This document shows, one piece after another, positions 1 through 10,339 of a DNA stretch of 64,000 nucleotides. A model generated the notes under the pieces. The model did no database searches. It worked only from the letters and a program-made list of their open reading frames with translations, and had not been told where the DNA came from. The translations under genes and the position numbers were made by a program. Source of the DNA: Candidatus Latescibacterota bacterium (lineage in GTDB: Bacteria > Latescibacterota > UBA2968 > UBA8231); NCBI GenBank assembly GCA_965223905.1, contig CBDCXV010000010.1, positions 768,001-832,000 on the forward strand. The letters run 5' to 3'. Numbering within the stretch: the stretch's first letter is position 1; every line of letters begins with the position of its first letter.

Positions 1-108
1 GGATTCGGAATGTGGCTCTTCGAGAAGAGGGCGGAAGCCTGAACGGACCCCGCTCGAGGCAGATCCGCTTATGAGGGGCGAGAGCGAACGACCCCCCGAG
101 ACAGCGGT

Positions 109-1887
109 TCAAGGGACGAAGAAGACGAAGAAGAGCCCGCCGACGATCAGGCCCGAGAGCCCGATCTCAACCGCCTTGTTCCCTGGATCCACGGAGACCC
201 GGTCCACGGTTTCCGAACCGCCCAGCCACTGGTTTCCCACCGAGGGAACCGTTTCGACCCCGTATCCCCGTATTCTACTGATCCAGGACAGCTCGCGGTC
301 GGCATTCTCGAAAGAGAGAAACAGGTCGCCGATCGCCTCCCGGCGGCGCTTTGCCGCCATCGGATTCCAGCCCTTCTGCGGCGAGTACACGACGCGGGCA
401 TCGACGACCCGGTAGCTGAGGGCGGCCCCCGAATCCCCCCCGGAATCCGGAGATTTCACGGCCACGCGGTATCCTCTCCTGATAAGCTCTGCGGTCAGGA
501 TGTCCTCTGCTATCCAGTTCCTGTCGTCTTCTTCCGCGGCCCCGAGCTCGATCCGGGAACCAGCGGCCAGCGGAAGGTCGACGAGCTCTCTACGCACCCG
601 TGCCTGAAGCGCCGCCTGGACGGCTTCGAGGTCGGTCCTGGTTTCGACCCCCGCACCCCAGGCTTCCTCCCCGATCTGCGGCGGCTCCTCGACCACTCTC
701 ACCACGACGTCTCCGGACAGGGGAACCGGATCCCCTCCGGCTTCGGGGTAGAATGCGCTCTCGCATGCGAACAGACCGGAGCGAATCGGCCGCAGCCCCA
801 GGGAGACCTCGACCTGCCCCCCGGGGGCCAGCTCTTCGGATTCGGGGCGGACGACCAGGTGCGGCCAAGCGGATGGCCAGCCCGGGAAGGTGACTTGATC
901 GGAAGGGGTGGATTCGACTTCCGCTCGCGCGGCCGGAGAGCCGTCCACGATGGCGATTTCACGAAAGCTGTCGGGAACCGGGGCGCGCAACTCCCGCACC
1001 GGGATCGAGGTCGGCGAGTCATTGCGCCAGGTGAACTTCAGCTCGGTACTGCTCCCCTTCACGGCATGGTCCCCTGAAAAAGCTGCCGACGCCTCGGGCA
1101 CGGGGAGAAGGTCGAGGTGGACGGCGGGCAGCGGCGACCCGTAGACAGAAGCCGAACCCGCCATGCCTTTCAGAGCAACGGTTTCCACCGCTCCGGTGCG
1201 CACCTGCAGATCGCAGGTGACGGCAACGCTGTCCCCCGCCTCCACGGGGGTGGCGAGCTCTGCTTCCGGCGCACCGTCGAGCACCTGCACCACCTCCGGC
1301 CACTCCCAGACCAGCGACTCGAGGGGACGCCCTTCCGTATCGAGGTTGCGAATGCTGATGGCCAGCTCGAACGGTATTCCGGGGTACACCGCGGTCGGCC
1401 GGGCGGAGACAGCGACGAGAACGGGGGATCGCACCTCGAGAGGGAATACGATTGCGTGCGCCGGGACAGCTTCCCCGTCCAGCGACGAGTAGGTGCGCAT
1501 ATCAAGAACCAGCGACGCCTCGGGAGTGGCGGTGATCCGGAGGGTATCCTCTGCAACTGCCGCAAGCGGGGCACTGCCGTAGTCTATCTCGATCCGGCCC
1601 GAATGCAGCGCGGCGGCCCCGGCCGTCGAGGTTGCCCCCGCCACCGCCAGCAGCTGCGGATCGAAGTCGATTTCGGTGAGCAGGACAGCCTCGCCGTCGC
1701 CGGGAAAGTAGCTGAGAACAAGCGTGAGGGAATGTTCCAGGCGGGGCCCCGCAACCGCGGAGTGGTCCGCCCGGACCGAGAAGGTGGTTCGCGCCTCAAC
1801 CGCCCCCAGCCAACAGATCAGGAGGGCGACCTGCAGTCCCCCTCTCCCTTTGGAAAATGCTATAAGCGTTTTCGGGAAATTGCTCAA
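109..1887 (-). CDS. Hypothetical exported protein, beta-rich (Ig-like) domains with a C-terminal membrane anchor
   Basis: 592-aa ORF; N-terminal hydrophobic signal-like segment (LQVALLICWLGAVEA); hydrophobic C-terminus (GLSGLIVGGLFFVFFVP). Confidence 0.6.
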   Translation of the reverse strand: MSNFPKTLIAFSKGRGGLQVALLICWLGAVEARTTFSVRADHSAVAGPRLEHSLTLVLSYFPGDGEAVLLTEIDFDPQLLAVAGATSTAGAAALHSGRIEIDYGSAPLAAVAEDTLRITATPEASLVLDMRTYSSLDGEAVPAHAIVFPLEVRSPVLVAVSARPTAVYPGIPFELAISIRNLDTEGRPLESLVWEWPEVVQVLDGAPEAELATPVEAGDSVAVTCDLQVRTGAVETVALKGMAGSASVYGSPLPAVHLDLLPVPEASAAFSGDHAVKGSSTELKFTWRNDSPTSIPVRELRAPVPDSFREIAIVDGSPAARAEVESTPSDQVTFPGWPSAWPHLVVRPESEELAPGGQVEVSLGLRPIRSGLFACESAFYPEAGGDPVPLSGDVVVRVVEEPPQIGEEAWGAGVETRTDLEAVQAALQARVRRELVDLPLAAGSRIELGAAEEDDRNWIAEDILTAELIRRGYRVAVKSPDSGGDSGAALSYRVVDARVVYSPQKGWNPMAAKRRREAIGDLFLSFENADRELSWISRIRGYGVETVPSVGNQWLGGSETVDRVSVDPGNKAVEIGLSGLIVGGLFFVFFVP

Positions 1888-2066
1888 GTCGTTTTCTTCA
1901 CTGCACTTGCGTCAACTCAACCTAACGAACGCGGGAATGCCCTAGCTGTCAAGCTGTCCGCCGGCCCCCCCTGCCTGGCGAAGCTGACGTTTCTTGACGC
2001 TCCCGGACCTGGGTTTCATTTTTCCCGGAATCGACTGCCTCGAGCGAGGGTCGATCTGATTCGGTT

Positions 2067-2798
2067 ATGTCGGAAATTGTCTTGGTCGTGTTAGGCGCCG
2101 CGCTGGCGCTGGTTTCCCTACCGGTCGCCTTGCGCATGCGAATCGACCGGCCCCTACCCGGGGTGGCGGTGGCGATGCGTGCCGACGCCTCGCTACTCCT
2201 CGGACTCGTCGGGGTCGCCGTCACAGGTCCGGGCTCCTGGAGATTGGGTCCGACCATTGGTAAGCGCTCCCTGCCAGGCATCTCCTTTCGCCTGAGGACC
2301 CGAAGCGAAACCGGGCCCCGGGGAGAACCGGTTCGCGGGCATCAGGGACGGGGGGGCGCCCAAAAGGCAGTCGATCCGGCACCGGAGCGGACAGCCCGGG
2401 AAAGGGGACGGGCCCAATCCAAGCGCCTGCGACGGGTCCCCATGCAGCCGGCATTGGGACTGCTGCGAGCGCTGCCGCGCTCCATCAACCTGCGCAGGCT
2501 CCGCGTCGACGCCCGCGTCGGCCTGGGTGATCCCGCGAAGACCGGATACCTGTTCGGTGTCGTCCAAGGCCTGGAAGCGGGCCTGCTGCAGCGGCGAAAA
2601 CAACTGCAGGTCCGGCTCGAACCCGATTTCCGGGAGCAGGTATTGTGCGGCCGCCTCGAGATCTGCATGCATCTGTCAGTGACGCGCCTTGCCGCCTACC
2701 TTCTGCGGTTTGGCCTCGAGGTGGGAGGCAGACGGCTCTCCGAGCGCATGCGGTCCGCTCGATGGCTTCCGTTCCGGCCGGGCCGGAGACCTTCATGA
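2067..2798 (+). CDS. DUF2953 (YtfI-like) membrane protein
   Basis: N-terminal TM helix, motif GLGDPAKTGYLFG...EPDF; lies directly upstream of a YtfJ/GerW gene as is typical. Confidence 0.7.
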   Translation: MSEIVLVVLGAALALVSLPVALRMRIDRPLPGVAVAMRADASLLLGLVGVAVTGPGSWRLGPTIGKRSLPGISFRLRTRSETGPRGEPVRGHQGRGGAQKAVDPAPERTARERGRAQSKRLRRVPMQPALGLLRALPRSINLRRLRVDARVGLGDPAKTGYLFGVVQGLEAGLLQRRKQLQVRLEPDFREQVLCGRLEICMHLSVTRLAAYLLRFGLEVGGRRLSERMRSARWLPFRPGRRPS

Positions 2799-2826
2799 CC
2801 GTCAACGATAACCGGGAAATACGCCA

Positions 2827-3213
2827 GTGACCTCCGTAGAAGGACTGATCGAGCGGGTGATGGGGGAGCTGCATCGAATAGTGCAGACCAAGACCGTCGT
2901 CGGGGAGCCGGTAGAGGCCGGAGACCTGACGCTCATTCCCGTGAGCAAGATAACCTTCGGCTTCGGAGCCGGGGGCGGGCAGGAAGGCAAGGGCCAGAGC
3001 GGCACCGGCGGCGGCGCCACCGTCGAGCCGATTGCCTTCGTCGTCATCGACCAGGACGGCAAAGCCCAGATTCTCACCCTTTCCGACAAGGATGTCTCCT
3101 GGAGTCAGATCCTCGGTCTGATGCCGGAGGCGGTGTCGAAGATCAAGTCGTTCGTCGACCGCAAAGCTCGGAAAGAGGACGCGGAGAGGGAGGGGGAAGT
3201 TCCCCCGGAATGA
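2827..3213 (+). CDS. YtfJ/GerW family protein
   Basis: TKTVVGEPV...LIPVSKITFGFGAGGG...GTGGGATVEPIAFVVI signature. Confidence 0.9.
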   Translation: MTSVEGLIERVMGELHRIVQTKTVVGEPVEAGDLTLIPVSKITFGFGAGGGQEGKGQSGTGGGATVEPIAFVVIDQDGKAQILTLSDKDVSWSQILGLMPEAVSKIKSFVDRKARKEDAEREGEVPPE

Positions 3214-3310
3214 CCGCGGTCTGCCTCGCCTGCGAAAGCTGAATCGCCGCGGCTGTTGGCTGGAACCGCTCCCTTCGCCTTGGAAGGCGACGTCGCGATT
3301 CCGCAGGAAG

Positions 3311-3817
3311 TCAGGAATTCTTCTCCTGGGGAAACACCCGGAACAGTCCGTCGAGAAACAGGTGGGTGTACCAGCCGGCGAGGGCGGCCCCGGCGAATCG
3401 CATCTCCAACCCCTGCGGCAGCCCCCGGATAACCGCAATCCACCCCCCGAGGCCTGAGCCGTCCAGCTTCCACCAGGCGTAGGCCGCAGCGGCGACCGCG
3501 GCCGCCGCGATCGGACTCAGACGATGGTGGGTCCAGCCGCGGTGGTGATCCAGCACCGGCAGGAGCGCGAGCGCCGCCACCGCGGTCGCAGTTCGATACT
3601 CCCCGGCCCAGGCGAGGTACAGCAAAGCGGCAAAAACGACCTTGAAGAACCAGCGCTGCGGGCGGGACGAGGTGTCGAGATCGGGAAACAGCGAAAAGAA
3701 CAAGGCGGTGGCGAAGAGGCCCAAGGTGGTTCCGGGACGCCCGCCGCTTACTTCCGCAGCTGCCGCCACCGCGGTAGCCACCAGAACTCCTCCGACCAGG
3801 TGGCCTTTGTAACTCAC
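3311..3817 (-). CDS. YdjM-like membrane-bound metal-dependent hydrolase
   Basis: GH near the N-terminus, LFPDLD, HHRGWTH and GWYTHLFLD motifs; several TM segments. Confidence 0.8.
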   Translation of the reverse strand: MSYKGHLVGGVLVATAVAAAAEVSGGRPGTTLGLFATALFFSLFPDLDTSSRPQRWFFKVVFAALLYLAWAGEYRTATAVAALALLPVLDHHRGWTHHRLSPIAAAAVAAAAYAWWKLDGSGLGGWIAVIRGLPQGLEMRFAGAALAGWYTHLFLDGLFRVFPQEKNS

Positions 3818-3848
3818 TTCCCTTCGACCCGGCAGGCGCCGGACCTTC

Positions 3849-5024
3849 TCACCGGGACCGGGGGGAGGCAGGGCGCTTTTCGAGGCGCCGGTAGAGCTGC
3901 CCGCAGGCGGCGTCGATATCCCCGCCGCGGCTATCGCGGACGGTGACCGCGGTTTCGGTGTTGGCTCTGACCAGCCCGGTGAAGCGCCTGACTCGCTGCC
4001 GGGAAGGACGTTTGAAGACCTCCTCCCCGGCGGGCAGTCCGCTCAGCTCGTTGTAGGGAATGAGGTTGATCTTGCACGGCAGCTGCCGCGACAGCGAGGC
4101 CAGGCGCACGGCATCGCCGTCGCTGTCGGTGACCCCGGCCATCAGCACGTACTCGAAAGTCACCCGGCGCCCGCGGCGCTGGTAGAAGAGACGCGCCGCC
4201 TCGAGCAACTCGGCGATCGGGAACTTGCGGTTGATCGGCATCAGACGGGTTCGGGTTTCGTCGCTGGTGGCGTTCAGGGAGATCGCCAGGCCGACGTTGA
4301 GAGCCTCGCCCGCCAGCCGTCGAATCCCGGGAACGTACCCCGCCGTAGAGACCGTGATGCGGCGACCGCCGATCCCCCCTTCCTGGGAGCGGATGATGTG
4401 CAGCGCCCGCACCACCTCGTCGTAGTTCAGCAGCGGTTCCCCCATCCCCATCATCACGATGTGGGTCACCCTTTCCCCGAGGGACCTGGAGAAATCCTGG
4501 AGTTGAAGGAGTTGATCCACGATCTGGGCGGCGCCGAGGTTGCGCAGGAAACCCATCTTCGCGGTGGCGCAGAAACGGCAGTCCAGCGGGCACCCGACCT
4601 GGGAGGACAGGCAGGCGGTCCGCCGTGCGCCGTCGGTGATATAGACCGCTTCCACCTGTCCCCCGCCCGGCACCTCGAAGAGGAATTTCACCGCCTTTCC
4701 AGCCGGCGACCGCAGGCGCTCTCGCTGGGGCATTCCGGCGACGCTCGAGCGCTCCGCCAACCGTTCCCTGAAGTTTCGGGGCAGATCGGTCATGGCGTCG
4801 AAGTCCGCGGCTCCGCGGTCGTGGATCCAGGACCAGAGTTGGCGGCCCCGGTACGGTCTCTCCCCCAACTCGACGACCAGGGCGGCCAGCTCCTGCGGCG
4901 TCAGCCCCTTGAGGTCGAGGCAGGGATCGGTTCCGGCCTCCGCCGGGAGGGTCGAGGCAGCGGTTGTCGCGGGTTCCGCGGAACTTCGCTGCGCCTGTGA
5001 ATGGTATGGAATTTCTTGACGCAT
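3849..5024 (-). CDS. rlmN: 23S rRNA (A2503)/tRNA C2-methyltransferase RlmN (radical SAM); true start may be downstream
   Basis: CLSSQVGCPLDCRFCAT, MGMGEPL, DIDAACGQL. Confidence 0.95.
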   Translation of the reverse strand: MRQEIPYHSQAQRSSAEPATTAASTLPAEAGTDPCLDLKGLTPQELAALVVELGERPYRGRQLWSWIHDRGAADFDAMTDLPRNFRERLAERSSVAGMPQRERLRSPAGKAVKFLFEVPGGGQVEAVYITDGARRTACLSSQVGCPLDCRFCATAKMGFLRNLGAAQIVDQLLQLQDFSRSLGERVTHIVMMGMGEPLLNYDEVVRALHIIRSQEGGIGGRRITVSTAGYVPGIRRLAGEALNVGLAISLNATSDETRTRLMPINRKFPIAELLEAARLFYQRRGRRVTFEYVLMAGVTDSDGDAVRLASLSRQLPCKINLIPYNELSGLPAGEEVFKRPSRQRVRRFTGLVRANTETAVTVRDSRGGDIDAACGQLYRRLEKRPASPRSR

Positions 5025-5044
5025 TTTTTACGTAGGTGTATAAT
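5016..5044 (+). promoter_or_regulatory. Near-consensus sigma70 promoter for the M23 operon
   Basis: TTGACG (5016-5021), 17-bp spacer, TATAAT (5039-5044) in an AT-rich divergent region. Confidence 0.75.
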
Positions 5045-5141
5045 AACAAACATGTTACGGCAATTGCAAAGCTCCCCGAAGGGCTGCACTTCCCCCCGGC
5101 GTCGGCGGCGTAACCGTTCCACCCCCGACCGCCGCCCGTAC

Positions 5142-6428
5142 ATGACCCGTTCCCCCTATTCCCTCTGGCTCTGGCCGGTGATTTCGGTACTGATGGCCCT
5201 GACCGCGGCAGCCGCCGTGATCCGCCTCGAGCGCTCGCCTGACGAACCGCAGGCAGCCGCCACGGGTACGGCCGTCCAACCTGTCCCGGCCCCGGCAACA
5301 GCCGATCCATCCGAAGCTGCGGCCCTGCTCGATACCATCGGCCGGAACGACACCATATACCTGTCCCTGAAGCGGCACGGAGTCTCCGATCTCGAGCTGG
5401 CGCACCTGAACGAGGCCATGCGGGACCTGTTCGATGCATCGGGCCTGAAACCGGGCGACAGCTACCGGCTCGTCGTCGGCCAGGAGGGTGAGGTAACCAG
5501 CTTTTCCTACGTGCAGCGCAACCAACCGGAACAGGTCCTGCACGTAGAGCGCACCGGCGGCGGCGGTTTTTCCGCGCGACGGATCACCGAACCTCTCGAC
5601 ACTTCGATTGTCGCGCTGCAGGTAACGATCGAGGACAACCTGTCCAACGCCATAGACGCCGCCGGCGAGAACGTGTTGCTTACCGACCTGCTCGCCGACC
5701 AGATCTTCGGGTCGGTGATCGACTTCCACAAGGACCCCAGGCAGGGGGACCGTCTCGGCCTCGTCCTTCGCAAGCTGTTCAAGGACGGGGTTTTCCTGCG
5801 CGACGACCGCGTCCTGCTGGCCCGCTACGACGGTGAGATCGTGTCGCAACTTGCGGTGTTCTACGAGACGGAGGAAGGCTCGGGCTACTACGACGAGAAC
5901 GGCACGTCCGTCGAGCGCATGTTTCTTCTCAGTCCCCTCTCCTACCGCCGCATCAGCTCCGGTTTCAGCCACAGGCGCTTCCACCCTGTCCTCAAGCGCC
6001 GCATGCCCCACCTCGGCATGGACTTCGCAGCCGACACGGGAACGAAAGTGTGGGCCACGGCGCGGGGAACGGTCAGCTACGCCGGCCGCAAGGGGGGGTA
6101 TGGAAAGCTGGTGGAGATCGAGCATCCAAACGGCTACAAGACCCGCTACGCCCATCTCAGCCGCATCTCGGTGCGCAAGGGCCAGCGGGTCGACAAGTTC
6201 AAAACCGTCGGGCGCGTCGGGGCCACCGGGCGCGCGACCGGCCCTCACCTGCACTACGAACTGCTGCGCAACGGCCGCCATCGCAACCCGGCCAGCGTCA
6301 ACAGGCAGGCCAAGGTCGCACCCCTTCCGGAGGATCAGATGGCCCTCTTCTTCGCTTACCGCGACCGGCTCGTCGCCCGGGCAGCCGCCGCCGGCACGGC
6401 AGTTGCCCTTCAGAACCCTGGGCGATGA
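5142..6428 (+). CDS. M23 family peptidoglycan DD-endopeptidase (MepM-like)
   Basis: N-terminal TM, HLGMDFAA (HxxxD), YAHLS, TGPHLHYE (HxH). Confidence 0.9.
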   Translation: MTRSPYSLWLWPVISVLMALTAAAAVIRLERSPDEPQAAATGTAVQPVPAPATADPSEAAALLDTIGRNDTIYLSLKRHGVSDLELAHLNEAMRDLFDASGLKPGDSYRLVVGQEGEVTSFSYVQRNQPEQVLHVERTGGGGFSARRITEPLDTSIVALQVTIEDNLSNAIDAAGENVLLTDLLADQIFGSVIDFHKDPRQGDRLGLVLRKLFKDGVFLRDDRVLLARYDGEIVSQLAVFYETEEGSGYYDENGTSVERMFLLSPLSYRRISSGFSHRRFHPVLKRRMPHLGMDFAADTGTKVWATARGTVSYAGRKGGYGKLVEIEHPNGYKTRYAHLSRISVRKGQRVDKFKTVGRVGATGRATGPHLHYELLRNGRHRNPASVNRQAKVAPLPEDQMALFFAYRDRLVARAAAAGTAVALQNPGR

Positions 6429-6429
6429 A

Positions 6430-6837
6430 ATGGGCGACCATTTAACCCGCGAGAATGACCGCAAGGTCAACCGTCTGGTCGACCAGGACGGCCGCTACGC
6501 CAAGGATGCGTACTTGTTCGTGTTCGAGGCCCTGAACTACACGGTGAAGAGTCTCGGCAAGGCTGGTCTGCCCGACGATCAGCGGCACGTCTGCGGCGCC
6601 GATCTGCTCCGGGGAATCAGCGAGTTCGGGCTCAGCCGGTTCGGGCCGCTGACGCGTACCGTTTTCGAGCACTGGGGCGTCTACAAGACCGAGGACTTCG
6701 GCCACATCATCTTCAACCTGGTGTCGGCGAAGTTGATGAGGAAGACGGAAAAGGACTGCATCGAGGACTTCATCGAGGTCTACGATTTCGCCTCGGAGTT
6801 CGACTGGACCAAACGCAGGGCCGATTTCCGAAAATAG
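6430..6837 (+). CDS. Minf_1886 family protein
   Basis: DGRYAKDAYLFVFEAL...HVCGADLL...FGPL..VFEHWGV..TEDFGHIIFNLV; ATG right after the M23 stop. Confidence 0.8.
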   Translation: MGDHLTRENDRKVNRLVDQDGRYAKDAYLFVFEALNYTVKSLGKAGLPDDQRHVCGADLLRGISEFGLSRFGPLTRTVFEHWGVYKTEDFGHIIFNLVSAKLMRKTEKDCIEDFIEVYDFASEFDWTKRRADFRK

Positions 6838-6861
6838 AAGCCTCCGCGAAACCGAACACTC

Positions 6862-8106
6862 ATGCGTCTAGCCCATTTCGACTGTTTTTCGGGGATCAGC
6901 GGGGACATGGTCCTCGGGGCCCTGGTCGACGCCGGCCTCGACGTCGATCTCCTGCGCGCCGAGATCGCCAAACTCCGGCTGCCCGCAGACCTTCGGGTCG
7001 AAAGGGTCGAGCGCTGCGGACTGGGGGCCTTGCGCGTGCAGGTCCGCCTCGGCGAAAAAGCGATCGCACAAACCGATGAGCACCACATCCACTCGCATGC
7101 GGACGGGGGCGGCCACCGCCACCTGGCCGAACTCGAGGAACTGCTGGCCTCGAGCGACCTCGACGAGGAGGTCAGGAGCAGTTCCCTCCGGGTCTTTCGA
7201 AGGCTCGCCGAGGCGGAGGCGCAGGTTCACGGGGTCGGCGTCGAGGAGGTTCGGCTGCACGAAGCGGGAGCGTTGGACGCGGTGGTAGACGTGGTCGGAG
7301 CGGTGGCCGGTCTGCGGCTGCTGGGAGTCGCCGCCGTGCACTCCTCGCCGCTACGCTGCGGCACCGGGCTCGTCCAGTGCGCCCACGGCAGCTACCCGGT
7401 GCCGGTCCCCGGGGTCCTGGCGCTGTGCGAGGGCGTGCCCGGCCTGCGGCTGGTCCAGACCGGTGTCGAAGCGGAGCTGATCACCCCTACGGGAGCGGCC
7501 ATCATCACCACTCTTGCGGACTTCGGCGCTCCCCCGGAGTACCGCTTGCTCGAAGTCGGCTACGGCGCCGGAGCGCGGGATCTGCCCTCGGTCCCCAACG
7601 CCCTGCGGGTGCGCATCGGCGAGCTCGCGAAAGCGCCGCCCGATGGCCGTACAGGACTCGAGCGAGACGACGCACTGCTCATCGAAGCCAACATCGACGA
7701 CATGAACCCCGAGGTGTACGGCTACCTGTTCGACCTGCTGCTGGAGCGCGGAGCCAAGGACGTGTACATCACCCCGGTCTACATGAAGAAGGGGAGGCCC
7801 GGAAGCCTGCTGAGCGTGCTCGTCGACCCCGCCCGCGTCGAGGCGGCCGTCGAGACGATTCTCGGGGAAACGACCACAACGGGGGTGCGGTTTCACCCCG
7901 TGGAACGGCGCAAGCTGCAGCGCAGCTCCACCACCGTGTCGACTGCGCACGGGGATGTTCGCGTCAAGGTCTGCCACTTCGACGGCGGCCGGCGTCTCGC
8001 CCCCGAATACGAGGACTGCGCCGCGCGCGCCCGCGAGCGCAAGGTACCGATCCTCGCCGTGTACGAAGCGGCGAGGGCGGCCATCGGCGAGGAGAGCCAG
8101 GAATGA
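6862..8106 (+). CDS. larC: Nickel pincer cofactor biosynthesis protein LarC
   Basis: HFDCFSGISGDM, His-rich insert, HEAGALD, ELITPTGAA, EANIDDMNPE, MKKGRP, PEYED. Confidence 0.93.
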   Translation: MRLAHFDCFSGISGDMVLGALVDAGLDVDLLRAEIAKLRLPADLRVERVERCGLGALRVQVRLGEKAIAQTDEHHIHSHADGGGHRHLAELEELLASSDLDEEVRSSSLRVFRRLAEAEAQVHGVGVEEVRLHEAGALDAVVDVVGAVAGLRLLGVAAVHSSPLRCGTGLVQCAHGSYPVPVPGVLALCEGVPGLRLVQTGVEAELITPTGAAIITTLADFGAPPEYRLLEVGYGAGARDLPSVPNALRVRIGELAKAPPDGRTGLERDDALLIEANIDDMNPEVYGYLFDLLLERGAKDVYITPVYMKKGRPGSLLSVLVDPARVEAAVETILGETTTTGVRFHPVERRKLQRSSTTVSTAHGDVRVKVCHFDGGRRLAPEYEDCAARARERKVPILAVYEAARAAIGEESQE

Positions 8107-8912
8107 AACTGTCTGCACTCGGGATTGCGGCTGTGGCCGCTCTTTTCGGAGCGACCCTCGGAGCGGCCTGCGGAGCGGCCTCGCCGGCCGCGGCAGGGGA
8201 CTCCCTGTCGGTCCGGCTCGAAGAGAGCTGGTCGCTCGATGAATTCGACAACCTCAGTTGGCTGCCGCGTGCGCAGCCGGAAGACCCGGCGCGGCTCGTC
8301 CTCGGAGAGGCCCGGGGGTTCCTCCATGTATTCGAGGATCGGGGGGAGGCGTTCGAAGAGGTCTGGATCAGCGAGCATCTCGAAGGGCCGGTCGGCGGCC
8401 TCTTCGTCTCCGACGTCGACGCCGACGGCCTCTCCGAGCTCCTCGTCTACACCGAGACCGGGCGCATCCACGTGCTCGACGCCGCGGACTACCGCACCCT
8501 GTGGAGCAACCCTCCCAACGAGTACGAGGCGATCACCGCGATGATTCTCCACAACGTCGACGATGACGTGCAGCTCGAGATGGTGTTCTGCGGCGACGGC
8601 ATGCTCATCATCTACGACGGCCTCGACCGCTTCGAGGAATGGCGCTCGGACCAGACGAACATCGAAGCCGTGGAGATCGTCGCCGCCGATGTCGACGGGG
8701 ACGACGCCGAGGAGATCGTGCTCAACGACGGGTTCGTCTTCGACGCGCGCTTCCGCGACCTGGAGTGGCAGTCCCCCGAGCCGTTCGGGGAGCGCCTGGG
8801 AACCCTCGATCTCGACAACGACGGCATCGTCGAGCTGATCGGGGAGTTCCCCGGAGGCCAGCTGCGCATATTCGACGTCGACCTGCGGCGCCAGAAAGCG
8901 ATCCGTCGTTGA
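8103..8912 (+). CDS. Secreted FG-GAP/VCBS-repeat (Ca-binding beta-propeller) protein
   Basis: Signal peptide; repeats DVDADGLSELLV, NVDDDVQLEMVF, DVDGDDAEEIVL, DLDNDGIVELIG; ATGA overlap with larC. Confidence 0.75.
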   Translation: MKLSALGIAAVAALFGATLGAACGAASPAAAGDSLSVRLEESWSLDEFDNLSWLPRAQPEDPARLVLGEARGFLHVFEDRGEAFEEVWISEHLEGPVGGLFVSDVDADGLSELLVYTETGRIHVLDAADYRTLWSNPPNEYEAITAMILHNVDDDVQLEMVFCGDGMLIIYDGLDRFEEWRSDQTNIEAVEIVAADVDGDDAEEIVLNDGFVFDARFRDLEWQSPEPFGERLGTLDLDNDGIVELIGEFPGGQLRIFDVDLRRQKAIRR

Positions 8913-9142
8913 CAGTCGGGGACATCCTGTGTCCACCCGGTGACTTTCCCCCACCGCGCCATCCTGCCCTCGCCTTTCAGGACTGAAGGGATTTCCCCGC
9001 TGGCTTCCGCTCACCCCGGCGGCGCTATTGACAGTCGCCGGAGCCCCCATCTACTTAGGGCCCGCCGGCCTTACCACTGCAAGTACCTGCCCCTCCTTCA
9101 CCTGGAGGGAGAATAAGCTTCCCCCCGATCAGGGAGTTCCCC

Positions 9143-10315
9143 ATGCCGAAACAGATCAACGTCGGACTCGTCGGCTACCAGTTCATGGGCAAGGCCCACA
9201 GTCACGCCTACAAGGACATGGGCTTCTTCTTCCCCGATGCCGGGGCGATGCCGGTGATGAAGGCCCTTTGCGGCCGCAACCGGGAGGCCGTGCAGGCCGC
9301 GGCCGATCAGTTCGGCTGGGAAGAGGTCGAGACGAGCTGGAAGCGCCTCGTGCAACGGGAGGACATCGACCTCGTCGACGTGTCGACGCCCGGGAACACC
9401 CACGCCGACATCGCCATCGCCGCCGCCGAAAACGGCAAGCACCTGTTCTGCGAGAAACCGCTGGCCAACAACCTCTCCCAAGCCCGGTCCATGCTCGCAG
9501 CGGTGCGCAAAGCCAAGGTCAAGCACATGGTGGCCTACAACTACCGGCGCGTCCCCGCGGTGGCCCTGGCGAGGCGGATCATCGACGAGGGGCGTCTGGG
9601 CGAGATCTACCACTGGCGCGCCGTCTACCTTCAGGACTGGATCATCGATCCGGAATTTCCGCTCGTCTGGCGGCTGCAGAAGAGCAAGGCAGGCTCCGGG
9701 CCGCACGGAGACCTGAACGCCCACATCATCGACCTCGCCCATTACCTGGTAGGAGACATCACCGAGGTCGTCGGGGCGGACGCGACCTTCATCAGGGAGC
9801 GGCCCCTGGCCGAAGAGATAGACGCCGCCCTCGGCGCCTCGCGCGGCAAGACCAGGAAAAAAGGCAGAGTCACCGTCGACGACGCGACCCTCTTTCTCGC
9901 CCGCTTCAGGAACGGCGCCCTGGGGTCTTTCGAGGCGACCCGGTTTGCCGCCGGCAGGCGCAACCACAACCGTTTCGAGATCAACGGCAGCAAGGGCTCG
10001 CTCAGCTTCAACCTCGAGAAGATGAACGAGCTGCAGTTCTACGACCGCGAGGATCCGGACCACATGCAGGGGTTTCGCGAGATCATCGTCAACGAAGGGG
10101 GGGCGCACCCGTACATGGATGCCTGGTGGCCCCCCGGACACATAATCGGTTGGGAGCACACCTTCATCCACGAGGTCTACGACCTGATGCAGGGGATAGC
10201 GTCGGACGGAAAGGTGCATCCGGATTTCGCCGACGGAGTCAAGACGCAGGCGGTGCTTGAAGCGGTATCGTTGTCGGCGAGGGAACGCGGCTGGATCCGC
10301 ATCCGGGACCTTTAA
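9143..10315 (+). CDS. Gfo/Idh/MocA family NAD-dependent oxidoreductase
   Basis: VGLVGYQFMGKAHS, FCEKPLA, GDLNAHIID. Confidence 0.92.
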   Translation: MPKQINVGLVGYQFMGKAHSHAYKDMGFFFPDAGAMPVMKALCGRNREAVQAAADQFGWEEVETSWKRLVQREDIDLVDVSTPGNTHADIAIAAAENGKHLFCEKPLANNLSQARSMLAAVRKAKVKHMVAYNYRRVPAVALARRIIDEGRLGEIYHWRAVYLQDWIIDPEFPLVWRLQKSKAGSGPHGDLNAHIIDLAHYLVGDITEVVGADATFIRERPLAEEIDAALGASRGKTRKKGRVTVDDATLFLARFRNGALGSFEATRFAAGRRNHNRFEINGSKGSLSFNLEKMNELQFYDREDPDHMQGFREIIVNEGGAHPYMDAWWPPGHIIGWEHTFIHEVYDLMQGIASDGKVHPDFADGVKTQAVLEAVSLSARERGWIRIRDL

Positions 10316-10339
10316 AAGCAAACACGAGCGGAGAACATC

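Noticed and set aside
9015-9060. TTGACA inside a GC-rich inverted repeat upstream of the oxidoreductase (promoter/riboswitch?)
   Set aside because: No convincing -10 at the right spacing and no recognisable riboswitch core.
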